A DNA stretch of 64,000 nucleotides from Amoebidium appalachense (GCA_963693365.1 CAVNZM010000003.1:11026888-11090887); one strand, 5' to 3'. Counted from the stretch's first letter, positions 45,332 through 58,957 are shown. Notes: a model not told the origin generated them from the sequence alone. Made by a program: numbers and translations.

Positions 45332-46782
45332 AGGGGGAGGAGGAGGGATAGGAACATGTAGGAGAGAGAGGGAGAGGAGGAGGACTAAAGATCAAATCTT
45401 AATCAGAAGGCAGAGTTTGGGAGGGGGAAGGGAGGGAAAGAGGGAGGAAAGGGGAGAGAGGGAGGAGGAGTTAAAAAGAGAGGAAGCGGCGGAGGGGGGG
45501 AAGGGCCCCGGATGGGGGGGGGGGGGGGGGGGGGGGGGGGGGAAGAGAGGAAGGTAGCGAGAGAAGGAGGGAGGAGGGATGAGCTGAGGGAGCAAGGGCC
45601 CCCCGGGGGGGGGGGGGGGGGGGGTTTGAATGCGTCATAAAGTACGAAGTACACAAGAACAGCGGATAACACGATGCAGAATGCAAGCCATACATAAAGA
45701 GTATGCATAAAAAACAGAGCCCATCCTCAGGGGGGCCCCACGTCATCCACAGTACCCGAGTTTCGACCTATTCACCTCGTTAACGAAACCCAACTCAGAT
45801 ACTGTTTCATTTGATCATGGGTAGGTGACCCGTCTTGATCAGAGACGAGCAGGGTTACTGATGCAGGCAAGGGCAGTAGGAAAGGCCGGGGGTTAAAGTT
45901 GCAGCAGTAAGCAGAAGCAAGAAAAATATAGATATGAACTCAGGAGACGGGGCTTCTGGGAAGGGTGGCACACACATGAGGTTGTGTAGATGTTGGGGTG
46001 AAGAGGGAGCACGGACCGAGGCTGTCTTGGGTGGAGGTCTGCGTGGGCGTAGGGTGCTGGGGTGGCCCACCTGCACATGATTTTAAAATTTGATTGATAT
46101 TATAATTATTTACGCTGCCTAAAGTGGAAAGTAATTGTGGTGTCTAAACGAGTGTCTTCTTCTTGGCTTAATTTCTTTTCTTTTTTTCCTCTCTTTTTTT
46201 GTTTTTGTTTTTCTTTTTTCCCCTTTTTATTTCTTCTCAGTCTGGGGTGGATGTTTGGGTGGGGGTTAGGATGCGCAGGTGCCCCACCTTGGAAACAAAC
46301 AGAATACATACATGCTTTTTTTTTAAAAGGGTAAAACCTACTAGTGAAGTTGTGAAACTCGGGAGTAAAAACGTAAGATGTGGTTGTCTGTGGCTATCTG
46401 TGTATCCATAAACGTAGTGCTTTCTTGGTTCTTTCTTTCTTGCACCTCCCCCCCTCTCGCCCCCCCCTTTTTTTCCCCCACTTCCTCTTTTTCCTTTTTC
46501 CTTTTTTTTGCCCCCCCCCCCCCTCCTCTGTAGGAGGCAGTAACAAAACCACATGGGTGGTTCACACTCTTGAGAGGTGGCCGGCGGGTGGACGATTGGA
46601 TGCTGGAGATTGGAAAATTGGGGGGGGGGGGGGGGGGGGAGGGGGGGGGGAGGGGGGGGGGAGGGGGGGCATACTTAGGGCATGTAGCTGTTTGAGTATT
46701 GTGAGACCAGATGGCAAGCCCACAACCCTTATCTGGGTGGTATAGTTCTGCGGTGTGTGTGTGTTTTTGTGTGTGTGTGTAC

Positions 46783-46813
<31 letters not shown>

Positions 46814-46825
46814 ATAAGCGGCCAA

Positions 46826-46860
<35 letters not shown>

Positions 46861-47111
46861 GGGGGTAGTTTCAGTAAATTGCAATATTGTTAGAATATAA
46901 TAATACAATATATGGAGACTGTGGCTGTCTAAAAGAAGCATCTTCCGATAAAATCTCCATTGTGCAGGGTAAGAAATTTCCGTCCAACAGAACGGAAGGA
47001 ACAGGGTGAGAAATTGGCAATGCAAGGGGGGAGGAGGGGGAGGGGGAGGGGGTGGAGGGGAGGGCGGGTGGATAGGTGGGTGGATGGGTGGGTGGGTGGG
47101 TGTGTGTGTGT

Positions 47112-47149
<38 letters not shown>

Positions 47150-47293
47150 TAAAGAGAAAGTGCAAACACAAATAATGAGAGGTGCACATGTAGTGTCCGT
47201 GGTAAACAACCAAACACAAAAACACAGACACAGTATGCATGCGCGCTCAAGTCCATACCATAGCAAGCAAGCAAGCAAGCAAACACGCACACA

Positions 47294-47325
<32 letters not shown>

Positions 47326-47343
47326 GGCACGCGCGTGCGCGCG

Positions 47344-47385
<42 letters not shown>

Positions 47386-47475
47386 ACACACCTTCTCTGC
47401 CTGCAGGCACGCCACGACCAGTCTGCCCACAAGGAGCAACTCGGCCGCCTGCACAGCCTGCTCGACCAACCTAGG

Positions 47476-47535
<60 letters not shown>

Positions 47536-48223
47536 TGTGTGTATGTGTGTGTGGGCGCGCGCGTGCGTGTGTGTGTGTGTGTGTGTGTGTGCGTATGTGT
47601 GCGTGTGTGTGCGTGTGTATGTTTAGGTGTATGTTCGTGTGTGCGTTCGTGTAAGTGTACGTCTGTGTAGAAGGCCATCTATGTGTAAACGTACCTGTAC
47701 GAATGTGTATGCGTGCAAGTGGGTGCATGACGGAGTGAGTTGAAACAGTCAGCACATCTACGTTTTCCTTCCACATCTTAATTTTCCTCTAAAAAGCTAT
47801 TGTTTCTATCCTATTCACTTCCAACAACAAAAACACAACGTAGTATCAAGAACAATCACCACAAAGGGGGCAGAAGAGGGGGGGGGGAAGGGTGGGGGGG
47901 GGGGGGGGGGGGGGGGGGGCAAAAGAAAGTGTTACAGAGTATGAAGTACACACTCACACGGACAACACAACAGAGTGTAGCGCTCACATAAAGAGAATGC
48001 ATACTAAGAAGAGCCCATCCTCAGGGCCAAGCCAGTACCCGAGTTTCGACCCATTCACCTCGTCGACGGAACCCAACTCAGATACTGTTTCACTTGGGAG
48101 AGGCGCCGGGGGGGGGGGGGGGGGGGGGGGGGTAGGTAGTACCTGTTGATCAAGAAGTTTCGATAGTCGCCTGCAGTTGCGCCAAACACGGCATCCAGAC
48201 AGGGGCCCAAAACCACCACTGAG

Positions 48224-48259
<36 letters not shown>

Positions 48260-50260
48260 TGGTAAGCCAAATGCTCAACTCGCTCCCACTCAGCGCTTAA
48301 GCGATAGTGAGCCGTAACATGTACCTTATCCATATAATGCAACACTAACTTTAAAAAAATAGTTCATCAGGATACCAAAAAAAAAAAAAAAAAAAAAAAA
48401 CGACTGGAAAGCCGGAATATGGTAGCTGAAATTACCATTGAATAAATTTAGGCTGATGGCTTTTAAGAGATGCAAAAAAACACGTACACTCGAAATTTGT
48501 TCGTCTCACCCTTAATACATCTATATCTCCATTCTTTCCCCCGTTTCCACATCAAAAAGACGAAAATGCAGGCTGTGTCCCGTGTGCCGTGCGCCGTGTG
48601 TATGTGTATGCGCGCAACGTGCGCCCACCCACCCACACCCACATGTGTGTGTGTGTCGGGGGGGGGGGGGGGGGGGGGGGGGGGGTGAACGTGTGTGTGT
48701 GCATGTATGTGCACGTCTAGGATGTGTGCATGTGTGCGGGTGTGTGTGAGGGATATGTGTGTGTGCGCGTGCGCATGCGTGTGCCTCCCTGCATGTGTGT
48801 AGGCACGCTCCTTGTTGTGTGCGTGCGCATACCATTCTTGTCTAGATTTGGAGTATAGGTTTATCTATTATAAACAAGCCGCCAATCATTCAATCCCGCT
48901 GTATCATCGGTCCCTCTTTCTAACCTCGTTCTCTCTATTTCTTTTTCTCTCATCCCTCGTCCCCCCCCCCCCCCCCCCCCCAACTTTCCCCCCCTCTCCC
49001 CCCTCCGCCCCCACCCACACACACACAACCTCCTCCCTGGCGCAACATGCCCCTGCATCCGCATTTACCTGAGCACAGAGCACAGTGGAAGGGGGGGGTG
49101 GTCAGAAGCACATGACATGTATACCTCTATCTATGAAGGTGCGGCTGTGAGTTATAGTGATAATGACAGCTTCCAAAACTACAACTAACGGAACGATAAG
49201 GGGTGCACAAGGCACAAGCAAACACAAGCAAACACGGAAAGAATGAATACAACGATATGAACGTGGGTAACATTTAAACTATACCGTAAAATGGACATGA
49301 TAACAACCTATATGTGTACGAACTTAAGAAAGCAACCGTGTGCGCCATTAAGCAAGCTATCATGACGCGCGGCCTTGGGTTGGACAGCGCAGCAAGAAAA
49401 CAAAGCACGTTGCTTGTATCAAGAAACAAGAAAGAAGTATGTACCTTGCTGAACACGCATTTCTTGACAAAGGCCGAGACCAAGATGGTATCTGTGCGTG
49501 ACCTCATGGTCATTGAGCGACTTTCTGTGTGGATAAACCATGTTAGTTTAAGATGTTGTGCAATGACAAACCGCAGGGCGAATCTAGATGCTCCTGCCAC
49601 CGGAACCACACAGAGAGAGTGCTTGTGAATATGTTGTGATTGTAGCATGTCAAAGTAGAAGCTCAGGGGAAGAAAAGGCGGTACCCCAGCGGAGGAAGGT
49701 GAGGGGGAAGCGGTTGGAGAGAAGGGGGGGGGGGGGGGGGGGGAGGGGGGAGGGGGTTGGGGGGGGGGAGGGGGGGAAGGGGTGGAGAGGCGCGGGGATT
49801 GGGGGAGGGGGGGGGGGAGGGGGGGGGATGCGAAATCTTCAGAAAGGCCGTGTAGAAGGATAGCAAATGATTGTGCTGGCTAGAGAAAGGACGTGAGGCG
49901 AGGCATCGAAAGGGGGGGGGGGGGGGGGGGGGGGGGGGGGAGGGGAGGAAGGGGGGAGGAGACGGTAGCTTTTTCAGACTCTGACAATTAAAAGCGTAAC
50001 GAAGCAGAGCAAGTAGTTGGGAGGAGGGAGAAGGTTCAGGGAGGAAGGATGGAAGGGGGAGGGGGGAGGGGGGAGGGGGGGGATAGATCCATTCTAAAGA
50101 GGGGGAAAGGGCGAAGGGGAGAGCGAACGAGAGGGTGGGGTGGGGGGGTGGGGGTAGATCTATAGAAAGAGGGGGGTGGAGGAGAGGGAGGGAAAACGGG
50201 AGAAAGAGACAGAGAGGAGAGGTAGTGAGGAAGAGGAGCTGAAGGGGGAGGGGGCGCAAA

Positions 50261-50293
<33 letters not shown>

Positions 50294-50489
50294 AGGGGGA
50301 CGGGGGTGAGGGAGAGAGCTCAGCATACCTGCAAAGAGAGCAGTAGGGTCTCTGTGTTCTGTGCGTGTACCCAGAAACGGTTCTGTTTCCACACAGGCCA
50401 CAGCAGGAAACAACGAACGGGACGGAACACCAGGAAGAGCTGGAACGCACCACAGAGGCAACCGTGGCCGTAACCTCCTTGGTCCCCAT
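42667..50489 (-). CDS. DDIAS: DDIAS/noxin-like protein: N-terminal Zn-ribbon OB fold (RPA1-C-like) plus a long disordered C-terminus; gene model partly resolved
   Basis: Minus-strand exons: 50489-50329 (SCCGLCGNR...YCSLCR), a candidate at ~49583-49539 ([15 protein letters not shown]; junction phase unresolved), 48218-48143 ([18 protein letters not shown]), 47476-47392 ([16 protein letters not shown]), 46732-46675 ([16 protein letters not shown]), 46070-45976, and 44889-42667 (S/P/T/D-rich, ~740 aa). These resemble recalled DDIAS motifs YRYKLSLKVA, VFGSCLDTFFGLTA and AVETCFVG. Confidence 0.55.
45625..45858 (-). repeat. Dispersed intronic repeat family, copy B (DDIAS-like last intron)
   Basis: The reverse complement reads gtaaccctgctcgtctctgatcaag...gaaacagtatctgagttgggtttcg...tcgaaactcgggtactgtggatgac...ctgaggatgggctct...gtacttcgtac...gcattcaaa. 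Confidence 0.85.
47925..48096 (-). repeat. Dispersed intronic repeat family, copy C (5'-truncated; DDIAS-like intron)
   Basis: The + strand reads agagcccatcctcaggg...cagtacccgagtttcgacccattcacctcgtcgacggaacccaactcagatactgtttcac, matching copies A and B. Confidence 0.85.
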
Positions 50490-52530
50490 CCAAACCGATG
50501 TTTCTGATGTGGCTAACAAGAACCTGACATGGAGATGTGCATCATTCAAAGACACTGTTATACACTTGAAAAAAATGAATTTTTGACACACAAATAGTAA
50601 AAAATATTTGCAACTTGCAAATTTTTTGAAAATAAGCAGTAGGGTTGATGCGTTTTGCAACCTTAACCGAACTGCACACCAGATCTGGTAATTTCATTGG
50701 CTCTGACCAGATCCGGTCCTGACATAAGTCAGTGCGGTAGCAGGGTAGGGATTACGAAAAAAAATCGTCTTAATTACGATTAACGAGAGACCCCGATACG
50801 AATAAGGTCAGGGTACCGTCGTAACAGCTTTCGTATCAGGTGTGTAGCATTATAAACGCTTGAATATGTAATTTTCCCTATTTTTCCAATATTTCTGTCC
50901 AAGAACAGCACATTCCCCCCCCAAGAACATATCTACAGCGCTTCTCATGTGCAATATCGAGCCCCGATAGTTTTTAGGGCTTGTAATCTTGCGGTACTCA
51001 ATTTGTAAAAATACGTATTTTGAGTTTTGCGACTGGAGGGGCGTTTTAGGCGGGGCTTGCAGCTCCTCAAGAACCCACCTAAGAAATTGTCCGTTATAAT
51101 TGGCCAAAGGGCGATACGGTTAAGCTGGCGAACCCCAGCCCAACCCTTTGCGGTAGCTGAAATTGATTGGTTCCTTAACGTCGACATCGAATTCCGTTGA
51201 ATCGTTCGTGTACAATTTATGTGCGTGCTCGGGTGGAGCACATGGAAAAGGTCTCTAGAAAAGCTCTAATTCATCAGAAACTTTTTAATATGATTGAAAT
51301 AATAATTTCATATTATTAACTACTTTTTTTCTAGATAACGCTGATAAATATGAGCTTCTGTCGACATCCCATCCGACCGACCGATGCTGACGTGAAAGCA
51401 TTCAATCACAACCTGGCAACGGTAAACATATGATATGTAACCAATGGATGTAAAGATCGAGGTGTTCGGTTAATGGGTAAGATCTTGACATCACTTGCTT
51501 TTCATGTTTTTGTTAATAAATTAGACCAGAAGCGCCATTTTATTTTATAGAGTGAAGATTTACACTATATTCTTCCTCAAACAAAAAAAAGTGTCGGTTT
51601 ATCTCTATTGGGAGCTGAGATATTGCATAGATCGAGTACAAAAACGGTTAATGGCTCAGATACGTATACCCTACATGAGAGTCACTATGTACGAGACGGC
51701 CAGCCTGTCTCAGAAATTCAAACTGGCCGCGTTTTGTTTGATTGGCTGACCCATGGGATGAATTTGCGCAAAAGTTGCCGGGTGCGCCGGTTCCGAAAGT
51801 TGTCATCAGTTCTGCTTAGCCATTAGCGATAGTCAAAAACTGAAAAGACTCTGAAAGGCTTTCGATGGTTTTTGATGTTTTTCTATTTTTTTTGTAGTTT
51901 TTATTATGATTTGCATTGTGACGGTAAAGTAAAGGACGGGCCCCTGGAAACCAATTTAGTCGCAGGCTGGGCTGACGGTGGCAAGAGCGGCAAACGACCT
52001 AATTTTTAATGTTGACACTAATGCTGACTGTACAAAGGTTTAAAATCTTTAAAGATTATACAAATTCAACTTTAAAAGAACTATGCATATTTGTCATGTA
52101 TCTATAGTTTCACCTAGTTTTGGAAGTGTGAGCCACTATGCCAATGCCTGTTATCCAATCACCTTTCACACGGTCGTGAGCTTTCCTCCAGTGGAAAGCG
52201 CCAGAATCTCCGGCCGGAGCGTATATAACCGGCGCGGCTTTCTTCACCTCCGGGTTTGTGATTTTTTTAGTTGGAAACTTTTTAAAGCCACGTTTGTGTT
52301 GTGTTTTATTTTTACCCGTGTATGATTATTGCATCCATAATACTTGGTGTTTTGTTTGGGTAGAATTCTTTTTGGTTACGATTATGTGTACGTTTTGTGA
52401 TCTTTGGAATAATCACGCATTGTGTCAGACAAACCCTTCAAAGGTGACCAGCTGTAGTAAACGTGCCAGCCCGGTTCGGTCGGGTGTCTAGGTTTCTGTG
52501 TTGAATCAATCTTTCTTCTTAGAAAACGAA

Positions 52531-53207
52531 ATGGCGACAGTTCTTCACAGATTCGTTCCGATCATAGGCCAGTTGGCAAGAACAGCCCCAAGGGTGGCAG
52601 GATGTGGTGTTGCATGTTCCCTTTCCAGAAGATGGCAGAGCACGCCAGCAGCAAATGCCCCAGTGGATGACTCGTGGAGGAAGCAGGTGCCACTTATAGC
52701 CAACCACTTGGATAAGGCAAAGGTGTGGAATTTCTATGATAATTAAATGTTGTTTGGTCATCAGTGTTTTATCTGGTGTGCACAAAATTAGAACTTACAC
52801 ACATACATGTGCTTTGACTAGTTTTGCTTGCTACCCCCCGTGGCGCCCCCCCCCCCCTCCCCCCCCTTTTGTCCACTCCCGTGCGCCTCCGTTTATCCAA
52901 GCATCCACCCATTCTCCCAACCCAATTCCTCTCCTGCCGTTCCGTTCTGACACGTATTCCTTCTCTTCCCAAACCTTCCTGGGGAAAAAAATTAATAGAG
53001 AAGAGGCGGGGGGGGGGGGGGGGGGGGTAGGGTAACGCAGTTTTACAATGCTTCTTTCCACCCCTCTGTTTTGTGGGTGCTTGATGTGTTCTAATAACGA
53101 GTTGGCATTTGCAATCACAGCTACACGGAAAGAGGAGTAACGGAGGGGAGTTGATGGGAGGCAGGGCAAGACCACACACACACACACACACGTACACACA
53201 CACACAA

Positions 53208-53244
<37 letters not shown>

Positions 53245-53316
53245 TACACGAACACACACGCACATGCACAACCTCTCAACAGACACACACCTCCCCCCCC
53301 CCCCCTGCCCTTCCTT

Positions 53317-53355
<39 letters not shown>

Positions 53356-53386
53356 GTGTGTAAGAGCGAGAGAGAGGGGGGGAGGG

Positions 53387-53418
<32 letters not shown>

Positions 53419-54716
53419 GACCAATAATCTACGCGCACACGGGCCCAAAGGCGTGCACATGGACAGTTCATGGCTGTGCCCTAGGCCAATGAAGTCACAC
53501 TCTGACCATTTGATGTGCATTTTTAACAGAGTGTTCTTGTGGTGACGGGTGCTGGCATGTCAGCTGATAGCGGCCTACCGACATACAGAGGTGGGTGCAC
53601 GTGTTGGGGTTTACTGTGTGATCAGGGCTACGATGATGGAGGTGTTTGTGGTGTGAATAGGAGAGGGAGGGGGGGGGGGGGGATAGTTTATTTTATTTTG
53701 ATCCCTTTTTCTTTGGGGGGGGGGGGGGGGGGGAGGGGATCGTTTGCAGATATAAATTTATAGGTGCCTACCCGTGTCAATAAGAAAGGGGGAAGAAGGG
53801 GAGGGATGGGGAGTGCAGTTGCAAAGGGAAGAATGATATGAACACATTTTCACCCGGCAACTCTCCAAATTATCCCCCCCCCCCCCCCCCCCCCTCCCCC
53901 CCTCCCGGGGACCTCTCTAAAAAATTCTTTTCTTCGTTTTCCGAAGCAGGTAGCGCCCCCCCCCTCCCCCCGCGCCGCCCCTGGCCTCTCTCGTATAACT
54001 CCTTCTTCGTTTTCCGAAGCACTTCCGTTGTGTTGCATATTCTTGTGTGTTTCCATTTTTGTGTGTCTGCTTGCCACCCGCTATGACCTTGAGTTTTGTA
54101 CTGTGTATCGCGTTCCAGACCCCAACCCCCGGCCACGTTGCTACCTACAATCGTGCTATCTTAGCGCCTGTCTCATCGTGCCTTCCCCCCCCCCCCCCCC
54201 CCCCCCCCATTTCCCTCTTAAAAATACACACATCTACACACACACACACACTTACACCCCCCCCCCCCCCCCCCCCCCCCCACCCCACCCCATATCTTAA
54301 ACACACACACACACACACCTTCACCCCTCTCATCGCATGTACCTTTTTTCCTCGCCCTCAGGTGTTGGTGGGTTGTACGAGGGTAAGGAGACGGAGGAGG
54401 GCCTCGACATCACCGAGGCACTGAGTGCCACCATCATGCAGACTAAGCCCCACCTCACGTGGAAGTATCTGCTGCAGGTACGTGTGCACATGCACACACA
54501 CGCATGCATGCATGCTTGCATGCATACACGGGGGGGGGGGGGGGGGGGGGGGGGGGACATGGGGCATGTGCACAGGTCAACAAACACGCACATGTGTACA
54601 CACGCACATACACACACGCGCGCGGCGGAAGATGGGGAGTGGGCATGGGCACAGGTCCAGAAATGTTTTCTCTGAACCCTGCCCCTCCCTCCCCTCCTGC
54701 CCCCCCCCCCCCATCC

Positions 54717-54766
<50 letters not shown>

Positions 54767-55316
54767 TCCCATCCCCTTCCCGTTGTTCTTTTCATGTTTG
54801 CCCATTCATTCGGATCGTCCCGACGCCACGATCTTCCCCGCTCTTCCTTGGCTTTGAAGTAAAAAAAAAAAAAAACACAAAGGTGGCATCGCATAAGAAC
54901 CCGCTTTCAAAGTAAGCTCTGGAAAAACACTGACAAAGTACGCATTGGAAAATACACTTACTCATCAGAAAAACAGTTACAAAGTGGGCATTCGAAAAAC
55001 ACTTACAAAGTGGGCACTAGGAAAAACACTCACAAAGTGGGCACTAGGAAAAACACTTGGAAGGTGGGCTTTGGAAAACATTTAAGTGGGCACTAGGAAA
55101 AACACTTAGAAGGTGGGCTTTGGAAAACATTTCCAAAGTGGGCATTGGAAAAACACTTACAAAGTGGGCACTGGGTGCAGGTCGAGAGAGCGTGCCGGGA
55201 CAAGCGGCCCAACCGTGGTCACGTGATCATCCGGGACATGGAGGAGCATTTTGATAGGCTGCTGGTGCTGACTCAGAACATAGACGGCCTGCACCACGAC
55301 GTACGTGTGTGCGTGT

Positions 55317-55347
<31 letters not shown>

Positions 55348-55404
55348 GGGGGGGAGGAAGGGGGGAGAGGAAGAGGTTGGGTGTGTGGGTGGTTTTTTTT
55401 TTTT

Positions 55405-55435
<31 letters not shown>

Positions 55436-55878
55436 GACGGGTTCTATATTTGGGTAGGTGATCGTGGGTAGGTGGGGATGTGTCTTTATCTTTTTCTTTC
55501 CTCGTCTTTGTGGAGGGTTGGGAGGGGAGGGGAGGGGCCGAGGGGGTGGGGGGGAGCGTCTAGGTGTGGGTTTAGATGTGGGTAGGTGTGTGGGTTTGGG
55601 TGACGGGTGGTTGCCAGGTGGGTGTGGGTGTGGGGTGGGTGGGTGGGTGGGATCTGTGTTGCATGTTTTGTGCACGTTTACATCCACACGTGCACAATAT
55701 GTTACACATTCATACTTGCCCAACACACACGGGCACACACACGAAAATCCCAAATGTACACGCATACATTTTTTTACACTTACACGCACACACACTTGCA
55801 CTTACACATACACACACATGCCCATACATACACACACACATGCCCATACATACACGCACACATGCCCACACACATGCC

Positions 55879-55920
<42 letters not shown>

Positions 55921-56272
55921 CCCATACATACATACCCACACACACCTCCCCCCTCCCGTTCCCCCTCCCCTCCCACCCCCGCCCCCCCTCCCCCCCTCCC
56001 CCCTCCCTCCCACCCACCCACACACGCACACACACACACGCACACTTCCCCCCCATTACACACACACTTACACACGTACACAGGCTGGGTCCAGTAACGT
56101 CATCGATATCCACGGAGACATCAAACGTCTTCGTTGCACACAGTGCAGCCACCACGAACACGTACGGGACTACAGCCACGTAGGCCCAAACCTGCCCCCC
56201 CTCTGCCTGTACTGTGGGGGGGTGGTGCGCCCGGAGGTGATCTTGTTTGAGGAGTCACTGGAACAGTACGTG

Positions 56273-56310
<38 letters not shown>

Positions 56311-56870
56311 CCCCCCTCCCCCCACCCCACCCCCCCCCCCCCCCCCCCCCCCCCCCTCCCCCGCTCTCTCTCTCTTTGTTCTCACACCCGCATGCACACT
56401 CGCGCGGTTTCTCCCTCCCTCCCTCCCTCTGTCCCTCTCCTTTCTCTCCCTTCTTCCGTCCCTCCCTCCCCCCCCCCCCCCCCCCTCCCTCGGTTAACGT
56501 TTGCATCCCCACACGCAGTCATATAGGCCCACAGACTTTTGCTCACACATACACTTGCTGGCGCATGCACACACACACCCAAAACATTTTTGATAATAAG
56601 AGAGACTGAGAGTCACAGAACCCCCCTCCTCCCTCCCCCCCCCCCCCCCCCCCCCCCCCCCTGAGGATGTGCTCTGCTTATGACGCATACTGTGCACATG
56701 GCTGATGTTGCATACTTGAATGTTTGCCTTTGCTTGTGTCCTGCACCATGCTTCTCGTCGTGTATGCGTACTTCGTACCGTGTTCCGCATTCAAACCCCC
56801 CCCCCCCCCCCCCTCCCCCCCTTCTCCTTCACCACCACCTACACATGTATACCTACACGTACGTGCCCCT

Positions 56871-56904
<34 letters not shown>

Positions 56905-57357
56905 TTCTCCCCTTCCTTTTCTTTCCCTCATCCTCGGTCGCCCTCATGAGGACACGCAGCATTGAACATTTAACGACAAACTGTGTCATTTGTGTGTGCT
57001 TACACGTACATATCTACGTTAGATATACGAGCAGACTCCCGTCTACCCCCACCCACACACGCGTGTCGCACACACGTACACACACACAGAGAGAGTGTGA
57101 GAGAGAGTGTGTGTGTGTTTGAGAGAGAGACACACACGCGCGCACACACACGCACATGCACACACACAATCACACCCACACACGTTACCACTCAGGCACG
57201 CATGCACACACCCGCAGACACCGCCTGTCCATCATGAATGTGTGCTTCTAACATGCTTACCCCTTCCCCCCCCCCCCCCCCCCCCAAACACACACACACA
57301 CACACACACACATCCGAACCCACACACACATATACTCACCTGGCCCCCATTCCCTCC

Positions 57358-57388
<31 letters not shown>

Positions 57389-57670
57389 ACACACACACAC
57401 CTCCACACATAAAGGCCCAAACTCGACAAACTCTGGGCCGAGACCCTCCAGGGCTTCGACGTAGTGTTCAGCATTGGTACCAGTGCTCTCTTTGACTACA
57501 TCATCGACCCGGTGCTGTACAGCCGTGGCACCACCATAGAGATTAACCCCGGCACGACGGAGCTGACCCCGAATGTGGACTTCCACGTGAAAGCTGGGGC
57601 TAAGGAGGCTCTGGAGGCGATATGGGACGAGTTTATTGAGATCAGGAGGAAGAAGGGGAAGATAGTGTAA
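52531..57670 (+). CDS. NAD-dependent protein deacylase (sirtuin, CobB-like) with a putative mitochondrial presequence; 6 exons, ~308 aa
   Basis: Phase-consistent exons 52531-52722, 53530-53590, 54362-54477, 55181-55300, 56084-56265, 57415-57670. Motifs: [38 protein letters not shown]...[21 protein letters not shown]. The N-terminus is Arg-rich and acid-poor and ends ...RRWQS. Confidence 0.92.
54915..55172. repeat. Minisatellite, ~26-bp unit (ggaaaaacacttacaaagtgggcatt-like), ~9-10 copies, abutting a sirtuin acceptor site
   Basis: Successive variants run directly into ...aaagtgggcactgggtgcag|GTC at 55180. There are no unique spacers. Confidence 0.88.
56660..56795 (+). repeat. Dispersed intronic repeat family, copy D (3' half, diverged; sirtuin intron 5)
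   Basis: cctgaggatgtgctctgcttatgacgcatac ... gtacttcgtac ... gcattcaaa followed by poly-C, as in copy B. Confidence 0.65.
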
Positions 57671-57834
57671 ATGTTCTTTTGCGCCCCCCCCCCCCCCCCC
57701 CCCCCCACTTTTTTATATATATAAAACTTATAAACCCCCCCCCCCCCTCCCCCCCCTTCCCCTCCCTTGACGTTTTGGGTTTTGCGTTCTTGTCCTTTGG
57801 TGATAATTATTCCCCCAACCCTCTTATGCGTACA

Positions 57835-57875
<41 letters not shown>

Positions 57876-58121
57876 CTTTGTCACACCTCTTTTCAAAGAT
57901 TTGCAGGGAAAAGGCGACGCGTAGCTGTGGTGTTTTACGTGCATGGTGTGGGTGGGTTAGAAAGGATGTCTTGTGTTTGACTGTCGGGTGTAGGGGAAAC
58001 AAGGAAACGGGGGGCGATTTATTGGCATTATTTTTATTGTTCTTGTTGTTGTTCGTTTGCTGATAAGGAACTACATGCGCGCTCATTCAGCCGAGGTTGT
58101 TACGTTTTTTTTTTTGTTTTT

Positions 58122-58172
<51 letters not shown>

Positions 58173-58919
58173 TGATTTTAGAATAGCCGCAAATGGTGTG
58201 TGCTTAGTAGAGATATGTCAAACCATTTGACAAAAAGTTACTTGTCCTTCTACCTTCAAACATTTCATACTTCATAATTTCACATGTTTGCAGCATACGT
58301 TTTTTCCCCTGAAAAAGAAAAGGGTAGATAGAAAATCTACCACTTGGTTGAATGCCACCTCTGTATATGACATATCGAAGGCATATTTCTCTTTCATAGC
58401 CTTCCGGTTAATTAACTTCAATTTTTCCATGCGAACACTGTATCGGGATAGACATTTATTGTTTTGTGAGATATATCCTCTGCTTTTCCGGGAGTACGTA
58501 TTCATGAATTTTCCTTATGTTGAGTGGCACAAGCATGATGCCCCGCCACGTCGTATGTACATGCGGTATCCTAAAAGTATATCTTACAAATATATATCCC
58601 AGGTATAATTTCCGAAGTTCTTCTGGTGTTTGGATACCCCCCAAATCACACACACAAGCACACTAGCCCTATTCACACTCGCAAGCACACACAAAAAACG
58701 GCGGGGAAAGAAAGAAAGAATAGAAATGGGGAACAAATAAAGCCAGCGAATAAGAACAAAGAACAAATGACTAATAGAAGCTATCGCCATAGCCACCCAC
58801 CGTAGTTACTTTCATCTTATTTCATATCAATATATATTTATAAAACGATAAAAAAGTACGGATATTGACTACTTATTTTCATTGTGTATCAATGCGTAAC
58901 GCTTACCCTTGATGCATAC

Positions 58920-58957
<38 letters not shown>

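Noticed and set aside
45716-45810. Hammerhead or HDV-like ribozyme in the intronic repeat (CTGAGGA, CGAAAC, ttcacctcgt)
   Set aside because: I could not construct stem II or the nested double pseudoknot by hand, so it is kept only as a test to run.
48270-48345. HYRLSAE segment as the missing DDIAS-like exon
   Set aside because: No suitable splice donor separates it from the (CA)n tract, and the ~49583-49539 segment aligns better.
54915-55172. CRISPR-like appearance of the ~26-bp repeats (also the 71-bp array at 40822-41302)
   Set aside because: Units are contiguous with no unique spacers, lie in spliceosomal introns, and no cas genes are present.
58270-58660. Possible reverse-transcriptase remnant on the minus strand (LYLGYIF)
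   Set aside because: A single short motif with no supporting RT motifs.
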